A stretch of 64,000 nucleotides of DNA from assembly GCA_963665125.2 (NCBI GenBank), contig CAXXUK010000001.1, positions 3,424,001-3,488,000 on the forward strand, in the 5' to 3' direction. Under the pieces are notes generated by a model, which worked only from the letters and a program-made list of their open reading frames with translations, was not told the origin of the DNA and did no database searches. Position 1 is the stretch's first letter; every line of letters starts with the position of its first letter. This stretch comes from an uncultured Desulfarculus sp. (GTDB lineage Bacteria > Desulfobacterota > Desulfarculia > Desulfarculales > Desulfarculaceae). The position numbers and the translations under genes are program-made. Shown here piece after piece: positions 1 to 9,723 of the stretch.

Positions 1-276
1 AAATCCACCAGGCGGCGCTATTCGCCGGAATTCAAGATTGAGGCGCTGGGCTTGGCCGAGCAAGTGGGCGTGACTGGTGCTGCCAAGCAGCTTGGCCTGC
101 ATGAGTCCCAGGTTTATGCTTGGCGCAAGAAAGCCCGATATGAGGCAAGCCGCAGTGAGACCGAGAAGGAACTGGCGGTGGAAAACGCCCGGCTGAAGCG
201 GCAGCTTGCCAAGCAGGCCGAGGAGATTGAAATCTTAAAAAAGGCAAGCGCGTACTTCGCGAAAAGCCTGAAGTGA
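1..276 (+). CDS. IS3 transposase OrfA (HTH), 5' truncated by window
   Basis: Frame 1 open from base 1: KSTRRRYSPEFKIEALGLAE...LHESQVYAWRK...ENARLKRQL...EILKKASAYFAK. Confidence 0.9.
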   Translation, partial: KSTRRRYSPEFKIEALGLAEQVGVTGAAKQLGLHESQVYAWRKKARYEASRSETEKELAVENARLKRQLAKQAEEIEILKKASAYFAKSLK

Positions 277-1139
277 AGTACGCGTTCATGCAGCAAAACG
301 CAGGCACATACAGCATCACGGCGCAATCCGAGGCCTTTGGCGTATCGCGTGGCGGGTATTATGGCTGGCGGCGCAGGTTGCAAAATCCCAGCCAAAGGCA
401 GGTGGAGCGTGAGAGGCTCGATCACCTGGTGAAAGAAGCCTTTGAAGTTCGCAAGGGCCGTAGCGGAGCAGTTGGGCTGACTCTCGATCTTGATGAGCAG
501 GGCTGCAAATACAACCGCAAAACAGTGGCCAAAAGCATGAATAGGCAGGGCCTTGTAGCTAAAGCGGGCAGGAAGTTCAAGGCCACCACGGATTCGGATC
601 ACGGTAGGCCGGTGGCTCCAAATCTGTTGGCCCAGGACTTTAGCGCAACCGCTCCAAATCAGAAGTGGGTCTGCGACATCACCTACCTTTGGACCGGCGA
701 GGGCTGGTTGTATCTGGCAGTGGTGCTCGACCTGTTTTCGCGCATGGTGGTGGGCTGGGCCATGGATAAGCGTATGAAAGAAGACCTGGTCTGTGACGCA
801 TTGCAGATGGCCTTGTGGCGGCGGCATATGCCCAAAGGTGTGATGGTCCATTCGGATCGTGGCAGCCAGTACTGCTCCCGGAAATACCAGGCCCTCTTGG
901 CCAAACGTGAACTGGTTTGCAGCATGAGCGGTAAGGGCAACTGTTATGACAACGCCGTGGCCGAAAGCTTCTTCCATACCCTCAAGGTGGAGTTGGTTCA
1001 TGGCGAAAGCTGCGCCACTCGACAGGACTTACGCCGGGCCGTATTCGAGTATATCGAGGTTGACTACAACCGTAACAGGAGGCACAGTGCCAATGGCTAC
1101 ATCAGCCCGCTGGCCTTTGAAAACCAAATTGTCGCTTAA
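273..1139 (+). CDS. IS3 transposase OrfB (DDE integrase core)
   Basis: WVCDITY, HSDRGSQY, GNCYDNAVAESFF motifs. Confidence 0.95.
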   Translation: MKYAFMQQNAGTYSITAQSEAFGVSRGGYYGWRRRLQNPSQRQVERERLDHLVKEAFEVRKGRSGAVGLTLDLDEQGCKYNRKTVAKSMNRQGLVAKAGRKFKATTDSDHGRPVAPNLLAQDFSATAPNQKWVCDITYLWTGEGWLYLAVVLDLFSRMVVGWAMDKRMKEDLVCDALQMALWRRHMPKGVMVHSDRGSQYCSRKYQALLAKRELVCSMSGKGNCYDNAVAESFFHTLKVELVHGESCATRQDLRRAVFEYIEVDYNRNRRHSANGYISPLAFENQIVA

Positions 1140-1183
1140 CCAACTGTCCGTTGTTGATGGGCTGGATCAATCCCGAGTTATCC

Positions 1184-4100
1184 CTAGAAGCTGTACATCA
1201 AACCCGCGCCCAAGACCTGGGCCAGGTAGTCGTCTGCATAAGACAAGCGGTAGTCGATGAACAGCTCCAGGCCTGATTTCACCGAGGCGGTCAGGCCCAG
1301 CTCGGCCACGGCCACGTCGCTGATGAAATCCGCTCCGTTGACGGTAAACGGCGCCGAGCCGTATCCCGCGAAGCTGGCGTCGATGCTGGGGCGGTCGTCG
1401 CCAAGCTGGTGCTGCCAGGCGATGCCCAGCCGGGGCAGCATCTCCCAATCTCCGGCCTGGATCAGCCGGGTGGCCCGGATGCCCAGGTTGAACAGCAGCG
1501 AATCCGTGTCGCGGTCGGCCACGTCCAGGTCCAGGAAGCCCGCGCCGCCCTCGGAGAATCCTTCTTCCTTGAGATGCTGGTAGTCCAGGGAGGCCAGAGG
1601 CTCCAGGAGCCACTGCTCGTAGCGGGCCTGATAACCGACGGCCATGCCCGCCGCGTAGAGGTCCGCGTCAAAGTCGGCCCTGGCCGTGACGTTGTAACCC
1701 TCCAGGTCCATGGGCCTGGTGGCGCTGTTCTGTAGGCGGGCGTACGAGGCCAGCAGCCGGGCGAAGAATCCCTCATACCCGGCCTGGGCGTAGAGGCCGG
1801 TGTGCAACGCATCAATGTCGCCATCATAGTTGCCCCGGCTCCAAGAAATATCCGTTCGGGTTGCGCCGGTGGCCAGGCCCAGGACCAGCCAGTGGTTAAT
1901 CACGTAATCCGCGCCCAGGGCCGCGCCGCCGGTGGTCTGTCCCCGGCCCAGGTAGCCGTCAGCCGCGTCCTGGTCGGCCCACAGACCGATGCCCCGGCCC
2001 CACAGGCTCCACCCGGTGCCGGTGGTCTGTTCCACCCCGCTTAGGGGCACCGTCTCGGCCGAGGCCACCTGCACCAGCCCGCTGAGGGCCTGGCGTTGAT
2101 CCAGGGATAATGCCCGCCGCTGGCGAAGCTCCTCCAGGCGGCGGTCCATGGCCCCGTCGAACAAGCCGCCGGCCTTGAGAGAGGCCGCGCTGAAGGCCGT
2201 GTACATCTCCGGGTTCAGCGCTTCGACGATATTGGCGATCTGCGTGGCGTCCATGTTGTAGTCCATGGCCATAAGCATCATGGCCATGTCGCCATCGGCC
2301 AGGGGCACCAGGGCGTCCAGGCCCCGTCCGGTGGCGGCCGCGCCGCCGCTGGCGAAATCGCCGTAGGATTTGCGGTTGATGACTAGGCTCAGAGAGTCGC
2401 CGGTGTTTTGCTGGGTCAGACTCAGCACCTCGGAATCAGGCTGGCCTATGAGGTCATCGAACAGGCCGCTGATGCCCCCGTTGGCGGTAATGATATTCCA
2501 GCAGGTGCCATCGGCATAGAGCGCATGGGGCAGATAGGTGCTGATGGTGCCGCCGTTTATGGTCACCGCGCCGGAGACAGCGATCACGTCGCAGGACAAA
2601 TCGCTGGCCAACTCGGCCGCCAGAACGGAACCGCTCTCAAACGTCAGCGAACTGGCCACCAAGAGCGTGCCGATTGAGTTGCCCGGGCTGATGGTGCCGG
2701 TGTTGGTTATTTCGGAATGGATAGTGCCCGATCCGCTCAGGGTGCCGCTGTTATTCAAGCTGGCCGCGGTCAGGGAGCCGTTGACATTGAGGCTGCCCGA
2801 GTTGGCGGCGGCGCCGCTGACAATGGCCGTGCCGCTGATAATGGCGCTGCTGCCGTTGTTGAACGTCCCCGCAGCCAATGAACCGCTTACATTGAGGCTG
2901 CCGTTGTTGGCCAGCGACCCCACCGTGGCTCTGCCGCTGACGGTGGCGCTGCCGCTGTTGGTCAGGCTGCCCGCGTTCAGCGAGCCGCCATTGGTCACGG
3001 TGAGATCGCCGCTGTTGGTCAGGCTTGCGGTACCCAATGATCCGTTTACGTTCAGGGTGCCTGAGTTGTTTACGCTGCCTGCGGTCATTGCGCCGCCCAC
3101 GGGCAAGAAGCCGCTGTTGCTCACGGTGCCCGCGCTCAAAGTGCCGCCCACGGGCAGGTTGCCGCTGTTGGTCAGGCTGACTACGGTCATTGATCCGCCC
3201 ACGGCCAGATTGCCGCTGTTGCTCACGGTGCCCGCGCTCAAGGTGCCGCCCACGGCCAGATTGCCACTGTTGTTCACGCTGCCAGCGGTCAAGGTCGTTC
3301 CCACGCCGATGGCGCCGCTATTGGTCAGGCTGCCCACAGTCACAGTGCCGCCTATGCCCACGCCGCCGCTGTTGATCAGGGTGTCGGCCGTCAGGGAACC
3401 GGCCACACCAAGGCCGCCGCCGTCATTGTTCAGAGTTCCCACGTCCACGGAACCGCCAATGGCCATCCCACCGCTGTTGGTCAGGCTGTCGGCCGTCAAT
3501 GTGCCGTCCACGGCCAGGCTGTCACTGTTGTTCACGCTGCCCGCGCTCAAGGTGCCGACCGATCCCACGGTCAAGCCGCCGGAGTTGTCCACCGCGCCGC
3601 TGATGTCGGTGTCGCCGTTGAACGTAGCCGTACCGCTGTTGGTCAGACTGGCGGCAGTGAAGTCGCCCGAGGAGCTCAACGTGCCGGAGTTGTCCACCGC
3701 GCCGCTGAAGCTGGCGTCGCCATTGAACGTAGACGTGCCTGCGTTGTTCAGGGTGGTGGCGCTCAAGGTGCTGTTCAGGGTGAGCGTACCGGTTGATGTT
3801 ACGGTGACGCCCATGTTCAAGTTCCAGTTGCCGGTCAGCGTGGTGTCGCCATCCACGTAAAGGCCCAGGTTCTCGAAGTTCAAATAGCTCCCGGACGAGA
3901 AGCTGGACGAATCGGTGACTCCCGATACGCCGAAATACAGAGTGTCCGTGCCCGCTTGGCCGTCCACCACGCCGCCCACGCTGGAGCCGGACAGGAGGTA
4001 GACCGTGTCATCGGCGTCGCCGGCGTAGATGCCGCCGCCCACCGTGCCGGAGTTTGTGATGGTGTTGCCCGAGCCGCCGCTGGATGCCCCTATGCCCAAA

Positions 4101-5068
4101 TTGCAGGTGCCGTAGATGTCGCCGGTCACCGTGCCGGAGTTGTTGATGGTGTTGTCTCCGCCGGTAGTGCTGTCGGCGGAGTTGAAGGTTCCGTAGATGC
4201 CGCTGCCAACCGTGCCGGAGTTTGTGATGGTGTTGCCGCCGCCGCTGGAGCCACTGGCGGCATTGTAACTGCCGCAGATGTCGTCGCCGACCGTACCGGT
4301 ATTTGTGATGGTGTTTGAGCCGCCGCTGCTGCCGGTGCTGATGTTGTTGCTGCCGTAGATGTATCGGTTCACCGTGCCATAGTTGGTGATGGTGTTGGAA
4401 CCGCCGCTGGAGTTATCCGAATAGTTTAAGCTGCCGAAGATATAGTGAGTCACCGTGCCGGAGTTGTTGATGGTGTTGGAGCCGCCGCCAGCACCTATAC
4501 CGGAGCTGCCATAGAGGCCACCGGCGGATCCGTAGTTGATGATGGTGTTTGAGCCGCCGCCGCAGTTCGTCCCGTTGTTGTAGGTGCCGAAGATGATGTT
4601 GGTCACCGTGCCGGTGTTGGTGATGGTGTTGCCGCCACCGCTGGCGTTGTCGCCACTGTTTCCGCTGCCCAAGATAGAAATGGACACCATGCCGCTGTTG
4701 GTGATGGTGTTGCCGCCTCCGCTGGTGCCGTTGCCCTCGTTGTCGCTGCCGTAGATAAATCCGGTTACGGTGCCGGAGTTGATGATGGTGTTTTCGCCTC
4801 CGCTGTAGCCGGTGGCGGCGGTGTTGGGGTTGCCGTAGACACTGCCGCTGACCGTGGCCCCGGTCTCGTTGGTGAGTTGATCCGGGTCTCCGCTGCCAAG
4901 CCAGTCTCCGGCTCCGCCGTAGTCCAGCGGGTTGCCCGAAGCGGGGTTGGTGCCCACGGCGGCCAGGGAGGGCATGGGTGGCGTCAAAACCGGGAAGATC
5001 AACAATCCGGCAAGGGTCAAGGAAAGGATCGCGCGCGTCAGCGTGGAAGGCGGCGTGAGGATGGACAT
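1184..5068 (-). CDS. Autotransporter (type Va) with Gly/Asn/Ser/Thr-rich repeat passenger
   Basis: Signal peptide, beta-helix-like repeats, SPGNSIGTL motif, C-terminal barrel ending YSF; GGGGGAG RBS before ATG 5068. Confidence 0.9.
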   Translation of the reverse strand: MSILTPPSTLTRAILSLTLAGLLIFPVLTPPMPSLAAVGTNPASGNPLDYGGAGDWLGSGDPDQLTNETGATVSGSVYGNPNTAATGYSGGENTIINSGTVTGFIYGSDNEGNGTSGGGNTITNSGMVSISILGSGNSGDNASGGGNTITNTGTVTNIIFGTYNNGTNCGGGSNTIINYGSAGGLYGSSGIGAGGGSNTINNSGTVTHYIFGSLNYSDNSSGGSNTITNYGTVNRYIYGSNNISTGSSGGSNTITNTGTVGDDICGSYNAASGSSGGGNTITNSGTVGSGIYGTFNSADSTTGGDNTINNSGTVTGDIYGTCNLGIGASSGGSGNTITNSGTVGGGIYAGDADDTVYLLSGSSVGGVVDGQAGTDTLYFGVSGVTDSSSFSSGSYLNFENLGLYVDGDTTLTGNWNLNMGVTVTSTGTLTLNSTLSATTLNNAGTSTFNGDASFSGAVDNSGTLSSSGDFTAASLTNSGTATFNGDTDISGAVDNSGGLTVGSVGTLSAGSVNNSDSLAVDGTLTADSLTNSGGMAIGGSVDVGTLNNDGGGLGVAGSLTADTLINSGGVGIGGTVTVGSLTNSGAIGVGTTLTAGSVNNSGNLAVGGTLSAGTVSNSGNLAVGGSMTVVSLTNSGNLPVGGTLSAGTVSNSGFLPVGGAMTAGSVNNSGTLNVNGSLGTASLTNSGDLTVTNGGSLNAGSLTNSGSATVSGRATVGSLANNGSLNVSGSLAAGTFNNGSSAIISGTAIVSGAAANSGSLNVNGSLTAASLNNSGTLSGSGTIHSEITNTGTISPGNSIGTLLVASSLTFESGSVLAAELASDLSCDVIAVSGAVTINGGTISTYLPHALYADGTCWNIITANGGISGLFDDLIGQPDSEVLSLTQQNTGDSLSLVINRKSYGDFASGGAAATGRGLDALVPLADGDMAMMLMAMDYNMDATQIANIVEALNPEMYTAFSAASLKAGGLFDGAMDRRLEELRQRRALSLDQRQALSGLVQVASAETVPLSGVEQTTGTGWSLWGRGIGLWADQDAADGYLGRGQTTGGAALGADYVINHWLVLGLATGATRTDISWSRGNYDGDIDALHTGLYAQAGYEGFFARLLASYARLQNSATRPMDLEGYNVTARADFDADLYAAGMAVGYQARYEQWLLEPLASLDYQHLKEEGFSEGGAGFLDLDVADRDTDSLLFNLGIRATRLIQAGDWEMLPRLGIAWQHQLGDDRPSIDASFAGYGSAPFTVNGADFISDVAVAELGLTASVKSGLELFIDYRLSYADDYLAQVLGAGLMYSF
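2760..3600 (-). repeat. Coding tandem repeat, about 51-bp (17-aa) unit GGTLSAGTVSNSGNLAV-like
   Basis: ACGGCCAGATTGCC recurs at 3201 and 3252; boundaries approximate. Confidence 0.8.
4040..4802 (-). repeat. Coding tandem repeat, ten copies of GGxNTIxNxGTV, about 28-aa period
   Basis: Counted in the translation; GATGGTGTT recurs about every 84 bp. Confidence 0.85.
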
Positions 5069-5584
5069 GGCTCCCCCAGTCAAGCATCGCATGATGGTTA
5101 ACTACAGGTATATACTGATATTTTTAGCAGGCGCGCAAAAAATAAGATTATGATAGGTGATTTAGTGGTTCTAAAGCAATGCAAATACCGCAATGGGCGC
5201 AACTATGACCAGGCCTGCGCGCACCTGTTGCCGGGATGGCCAGGAGCCGCTATCCGGGCATAACCGCGCAAGACGCTGCATTGCCCCCAAAACCCCAATA
5301 CATTTCGGTCTGGGATTCACGCCAAACGGGCTGCCTGTGCCCTGTGAAATGCGATGCACTCCTTCGTTTTTTCACATTAAATTTTACCAATATGGTTATA
5401 AAGCATCAAAATCAGCAATAGATGTTTAAACTTTGATCGATTTTAAATGTGCAGGTTCATATTTTGATAAATAAATATAATAATAGTGTATTTAATATTG
5501 AATTTCGTTTGGGGCATTTGTTACGCTCTATTTTGCCGAAAACAATGTTTTTGGGGGGTCTGTTGTCTAACCGGAAAGGGAGTG

Positions 5585-6931
5585 ATGATGACGACCAATA
5601 AATCGAAACTCATTTCTTTAATCATTGTTTGCGCCATGTTGCTGGTCGCCGGAGCCGCCGGCGCAAACAAGGCCCAGGCCTTTGAGCCCCTTAAGGGTGA
5701 TTTGGCAAGCTTTGATCCTCATAACCAGAAATTCCCGCCCGTCTCCGACGACGTGATTAAAATCGGTGTTTTTTGGGCGTTTTCCGGTCCCGGAGCCATT
5801 ACCGGCAACATATTCTGGGCGACCATCGGGCTGGCCGTTCATGACATCAACAGCCAGGGCGGCGTGATGGTAAACGGCAAAAAAATGAAGATATTGATGA
5901 TCAAGGGTGACAACCAGATGAAGCCGACCGTGGCCAAGAGGGCCATGGAGAAGCTTTGCGTGGAAGACGATGTTGATTTCGTCATCGGCACCACCGGTTC
6001 GCACCTCAACCTCATCGGCCAACAGGTGGCGGCCAAATACAAAAAAATCTACTTGAACGTGGCCTCTGTCTCGGATTCGCTGATGGATGGCAAAAACTTC
6101 AATAGATACACTTTCCGCAATTGCTCCACCGTTTCGATGCTGGCCATAGCCCTGGCCAAGTTCTACGCCAAGCGGCCGGAGAAGAAATTTTACATTCTCT
6201 GCCAGGACTACAGCTATGGTCACGTTTTTGCAAAAACCTTCAAGGACACCATTAAAACCTCCCGTCCGGACGCCCAGATCGTCGGAGAGGACTACCATCC
6301 GATGTTCGTCAAGGATTTCGCACCGTATCTGACCAAGGTAAAAGCCTCCGGCGCCGAGGTCATCATCACCGGCGACTACACGCCCGACAGCGACAATATG
6401 ATCAAACAAGCCGACCAACTGGGGATGAACGTGCCCATGGCCGGGCCTTATATCGACAACGCGATTCCGCTGCAGTCGATCAAACCGCCTCACGGCAAAG
6501 GCTTTGTTCCCGTCCATTCCTACATGACCGTTATGGACAATCCCGGCAACCTCGAATTTATGAACAAGTGGCATGAGTCCTGGAAAAACTGGAAGGCCCC
6601 GCTCTACAACGGACCATTGTTCAAGTGGCCCACCGGCATTCTGCCCCAATCTACGATCTCGACCTACTGGATGTTAAAGGTTGTTGAAAAGGCGGGTTCC
6701 CTTGATCCCGAAAAGATCATCGCCGCTTGGGAAGGCGACGAAATCGAACTGTTCGGAAACAAATACAAGATGCGCGCCTGCGATCATCAGGGCCTCTTCG
6801 ACATGCATGCTTCAGGACTTAGCTGGCCCAACGATTTCTTCGAGAAGGCCGGGGCCGCTGTTAATGTCATGACCATTCCGGCTTCCGAATGCGCCCAACC
6901 CATCCCCGAAGACTTGTCTCGTTGCAAGTAA
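5585..6931 (+). CDS. Periplasmic substrate-binding protein, Leu/Ile/Val-binding family
   Basis: Signal peptide; IKIGV..SGP, DINSQGG, QDYSYG, DFAPYLTKV, MRACDHQ motifs; start uncertain. Confidence 0.85.
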   Translation: MMTTNKSKLISLIIVCAMLLVAGAAGANKAQAFEPLKGDLASFDPHNQKFPPVSDDVIKIGVFWAFSGPGAITGNIFWATIGLAVHDINSQGGVMVNGKKMKILMIKGDNQMKPTVAKRAMEKLCVEDDVDFVIGTTGSHLNLIGQQVAAKYKKIYLNVASVSDSLMDGKNFNRYTFRNCSTVSMLAIALAKFYAKRPEKKFYILCQDYSYGHVFAKTFKDTIKTSRPDAQIVGEDYHPMFVKDFAPYLTKVKASGAEVIITGDYTPDSDNMIKQADQLGMNVPMAGPYIDNAIPLQSIKPPHGKGFVPVHSYMTVMDNPGNLEFMNKWHESWKNWKAPLYNGPLFKWPTGILPQSTISTYWMLKVVEKAGSLDPEKIIAAWEGDEIELFGNKYKMRACDHQGLFDMHASGLSWPNDFFEKAGAAVNVMTIPASECAQPIPEDLSRCK

Positions 6932-6944
6932 CATAAAGCAAGCA

Positions 6945-6976
6945 GGCCCGGCGGTGATTTTGTTCACCGCCGGGCC
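6945..6976 (+). terminator. Stem-loop after SBP gene
   Basis: 13-bp stem GGCCCGGCGGTGA/TCACCGCCGGGCC; weak U-tract. Confidence 0.6.
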
Positions 6977-7093
6977 GTATTAATTATCCACTCCGCATCA
7001 TCATCGGTTTCATGGCCGAAAGTGAAATGCCAGCTTGATAGGCGGTATCTGCGGCGCCAGCCGCGCAATGCGATGAATAAGGAGGTTTCGGGC

Positions 7094-8770
7094 ATGAAAA
7101 CGAGAGGCAATATCCTCAAAAATCGATTAGTGGTGCTGTCCCTGGCGATTTTCGTTTTTCTGGTTTACACCCCTGTCCAGGCCGCCCAGGCTATCGAGGT
7201 TGCCGATCCCGGGTACTCGGCCGTTGTTTTGGCCGACGACACGCCCATGGCCGGATGTAACGGCGCCGTCATAGGCGCGGACGGCGCAATGTATGTCGTG
7301 CATACCGGTAACAACACCACAACCCGCATTGACCTGGAAACCGGCAAGGCCGCCACTTACGTCCCCGCGTCTACGGGCACCTATATCACCGATGACGTCA
7401 CGGCCGACGACAAGGGCAATCTTTACATCACCGGCACCACACCCATCGTGGGCGAGGTTTACAAGGTTGATAAAGACGGCGTGAAAACCGTCATCGCCTC
7501 CGGTTTGCTGGCCCCCAACGGCATCCAGTACAACACCAAAACCGGCCGTCTGTTCATCACCGAATGTTTCCAGGGCAACCGGGTCTTCGAACTGGACCCC
7601 AGCGGAGCCAAGCAGCCGCGGTTGATGATCAAGGAAAACGTCATCGCCGTACCTGAGGGTTTCGGCTTTGACCAGAAGACCAACGACCTGATCGTTCCCG
7701 ACCTGAAATCCGGCAAGATTTTGCGGATTCATCCCGACACGGCGGAAATCAAGACCATTGCCGAGGGTTTCGTGACCCCGGTGGCCCTGAAGGTCGGCCC
7801 GGACAACAAGGCCTATATTGTTGAACTGGCCACCGGCGCGGTCTACCGTCTGGGCCTGGACGGCAAAAACAAGGAAAAACTGGCCCAGATCGCTCCCGGT
7901 CTGGACAACCTGGCCCTGACCAAAGACGGCAAACTCTATGTGACCAGCTATTGGGACGCCACGGTCTATGAAGTGGCCACCGACGGCAGCGGCAAGTTCA
8001 AGGCCATGTTCCCCAAGGGCATCAACCAACCGCTGGGCATCGCCGCCATCAACGGCAAGGTCTATATCGGCGACGCCATCATGGTGCGCGAGGTGGCCGA
8101 CGGCAAGTACGCCCAGACCAAGCTCAACGCCTGGGCGCATCACGGCATGCCCCTGACCATCGGCCTGGCCAAGGGGCCGGCCGGTCAGCTTATCTGGCCG
8201 GATGCGGTCAACAACGCCGTGGCCATCGGCGATCCGGTTTCCGGTAAATTCCAGGCCATTGCCGGTGGGTTGAACCGCCCCTTTGGCCCACTGGTGGACG
8301 GCGCCAGGGTGTTTGTTTGTGAATACGGCGACGGCAAGATAACCGAGATCAGCCTGAAGGACGGGGCCAAGAAAACACTGGCCGAGGGCCTGGAAGGTCC
8401 GCTGGCCCTGGCCAAGATCGGCGACACCCTTTATGTGGCCGAAAGCAAGGCCGGCCGGGTCAGCAAGGTTGATTTGGCTACCGGCAAGAAGCAAGTCTTC
8501 CTGACCGGCCTGACCGGCAAGCCCGGCGCCCTGGCCGACGACGGCAACGGCAACCTGTTGATACTCGAAGCCGCCGCCCAGCAGTTGATCAAGGTAGACC
8601 CCAAGACCATGGCCGTATCGACCGTGGCCAAGAACCTGCCCATAACTTACTCGGTAGTGGGAAGTTATCCCCCGGTGGAGTTCCCGCCCAGCCTGGCCGT
8701 GGATGAAAATGGCAATATCTACATGGCCACCGCCGAGCGCGGGGTGATCATGCTGAAAAAAGGCAAGTAA
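7094..8770 (+). CDS. Secreted tandem beta-propeller protein (SMP-30/gluconolactonase/NHL-like)
   Basis: AGGAGG RBS, signal peptide, repeated PNGI/PEGF/LDNL/PxxL..D..G.LY blades. Confidence 0.75.
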   Translation: MKTRGNILKNRLVVLSLAIFVFLVYTPVQAAQAIEVADPGYSAVVLADDTPMAGCNGAVIGADGAMYVVHTGNNTTTRIDLETGKAATYVPASTGTYITDDVTADDKGNLYITGTTPIVGEVYKVDKDGVKTVIASGLLAPNGIQYNTKTGRLFITECFQGNRVFELDPSGAKQPRLMIKENVIAVPEGFGFDQKTNDLIVPDLKSGKILRIHPDTAEIKTIAEGFVTPVALKVGPDNKAYIVELATGAVYRLGLDGKNKEKLAQIAPGLDNLALTKDGKLYVTSYWDATVYEVATDGSGKFKAMFPKGINQPLGIAAINGKVYIGDAIMVREVADGKYAQTKLNAWAHHGMPLTIGLAKGPAGQLIWPDAVNNAVAIGDPVSGKFQAIAGGLNRPFGPLVDGARVFVCEYGDGKITEISLKDGAKKTLAEGLEGPLALAKIGDTLYVAESKAGRVSKVDLATGKKQVFLTGLTGKPGALADDGNGNLLILEAAAQQLIKVDPKTMAVSTVAKNLPITYSVVGSYPPVEFPPSLAVDENGNIYMATAERGVIMLKKGK

Positions 8771-8793
8771 AGCTCACCGATCCTGAATCAAAC

Positions 8794-8829
8794 AAAGGCC
8801 CCTCTTCCTTAGGCGAAGGGGGGCCTTTT
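8794..8829 (+). terminator. Intrinsic terminator
   Basis: AAAGGCCCCTCTTC...GAAGGGGGGCCTTTT. Confidence 0.75.
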
Positions 8830-9031
8830 CATTGCCGCATTCCTTTTTCCAACTTGAAGACCCTGAACACGCCGTGGCGCTACTTGTGGGCCATCACCTG
8901 CAAGACGTCCGGGCCATTAAATTGAGAGCCATCACCACCAGGACGAGTCCACGGGTTTGCCGCATCGGCGATGCTTCCCGGCGATAGGCTGGCCAAGCCG
9001 AAAAAACACTTGACTTTGCCCGGTCTGAAAT

Positions 9032-9062
9032 TGAATAAATGAGTATATTTTTCATTTATTCA
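9032..9062. promoter_or_regulatory. Putative TetR operator
   Basis: Perfect 11-bp inverted repeat TGAATAAATGA-N9-TCATTTATTCA between TTGACT (9010) and the TetR start. Confidence 0.7.
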
Positions 9063-9074
9063 TAAAGGCGACAT

Positions 9075-9656
9075 ATGCGGCCCAAGACATCCCCTGAATC
9101 AATTTACGAATGCGCCCTGGAGGTGTTCGCCCGTTACGGCTTTCGCCGGGCCCGCATGGAGGACGTGTCCGACGGCCTGGATCTGGCCGTGGGCACCATC
9201 TACCGCTATGTACGAGACAAGCGCGACCTGTATGAACGCACCGTGGAGTTCGGCATCCGCCGCTGGCAGGCCAAGGTCCTGGCGGCCGTGGAGGCCCAGG
9301 ACGACGTGCTGGAAAAATTCAAGGTCATGTGCCGCCGAGGCTATGAATACCTGGCCCAGGACCAGCACCTGCGCGCCATCATGATCAACGATCCGGACAT
9401 TTTCCCCCTGAGCCCGCGCAAGGTCCGCTTCCCGGACATCGACAACGCCTCCATCGGCCTGATCAGCGCCATCATCAACCAGGGCATGGCCCAGGGTGTA
9501 TTTAGGCGGGTGAACGTGCCGACCACGGCGGAGTTCCTCTATTCCATCTACGTAATGTTTATCATCAAGACCTATGTGAAAACCGAAGGCCAGGCCGCTT
9601 CGGACCTGTTTGACGACGGCCTGGATTTGCTCCTGCACGGTTTGCTCTCGCGCTGA
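9075..9656 (+). CDS. TetR/AcrR family regulator
   Basis: N-terminal HTH FARYGF..ARMEDV....LAVGTIYRY. Confidence 0.9.
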   Translation: MRPKTSPESIYECALEVFARYGFRRARMEDVSDGLDLAVGTIYRYVRDKRDLYERTVEFGIRRWQAKVLAAVEAQDDVLEKFKVMCRRGYEYLAQDQHLRAIMINDPDIFPLSPRKVRFPDIDNASIGLISAIINQGMAQGVFRRVNVPTTAEFLYSIYVMFIIKTYVKTEGQAASDLFDDGLDLLLHGLLSR

Positions 9657-9723
9657 GCGCCTGCGGGGTTTGGCGGACCGCCTGCGGGGGCGGCCCGCCT
9701 GGGGACAATCAAGGGAGGATTAA

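Larger units (their letters stand above)
1..1169 (+). mobile_element. IS3-family insertion sequence, left end outside window
   Basis: orfA/orfB pair with GTGA overlap; right end ...GGGCTGGATCA at 1169 (reads TGATCCAGCCC on minus strand, an IS3-type terminus). Confidence 0.9.

Noticed and set aside
2538..3860. 440-aa plus-strand Pro/Leu/Val repeat ORF
   Set aside because: Antisense shadow of the autotransporter repeats.
4040..4802. CRISPR-like regular repeats
   Set aside because: Degenerate, codon-phased repeats inside a CDS; no cas genes.
5230..5350. Possible c-di-GMP-I riboswitch upstream of the autotransporter (CACAGGGCA on minus strand)
   Set aside because: No GGCAAAC-GNRA stem or GCAAAG junction follows; an Rfam scan would settle it.
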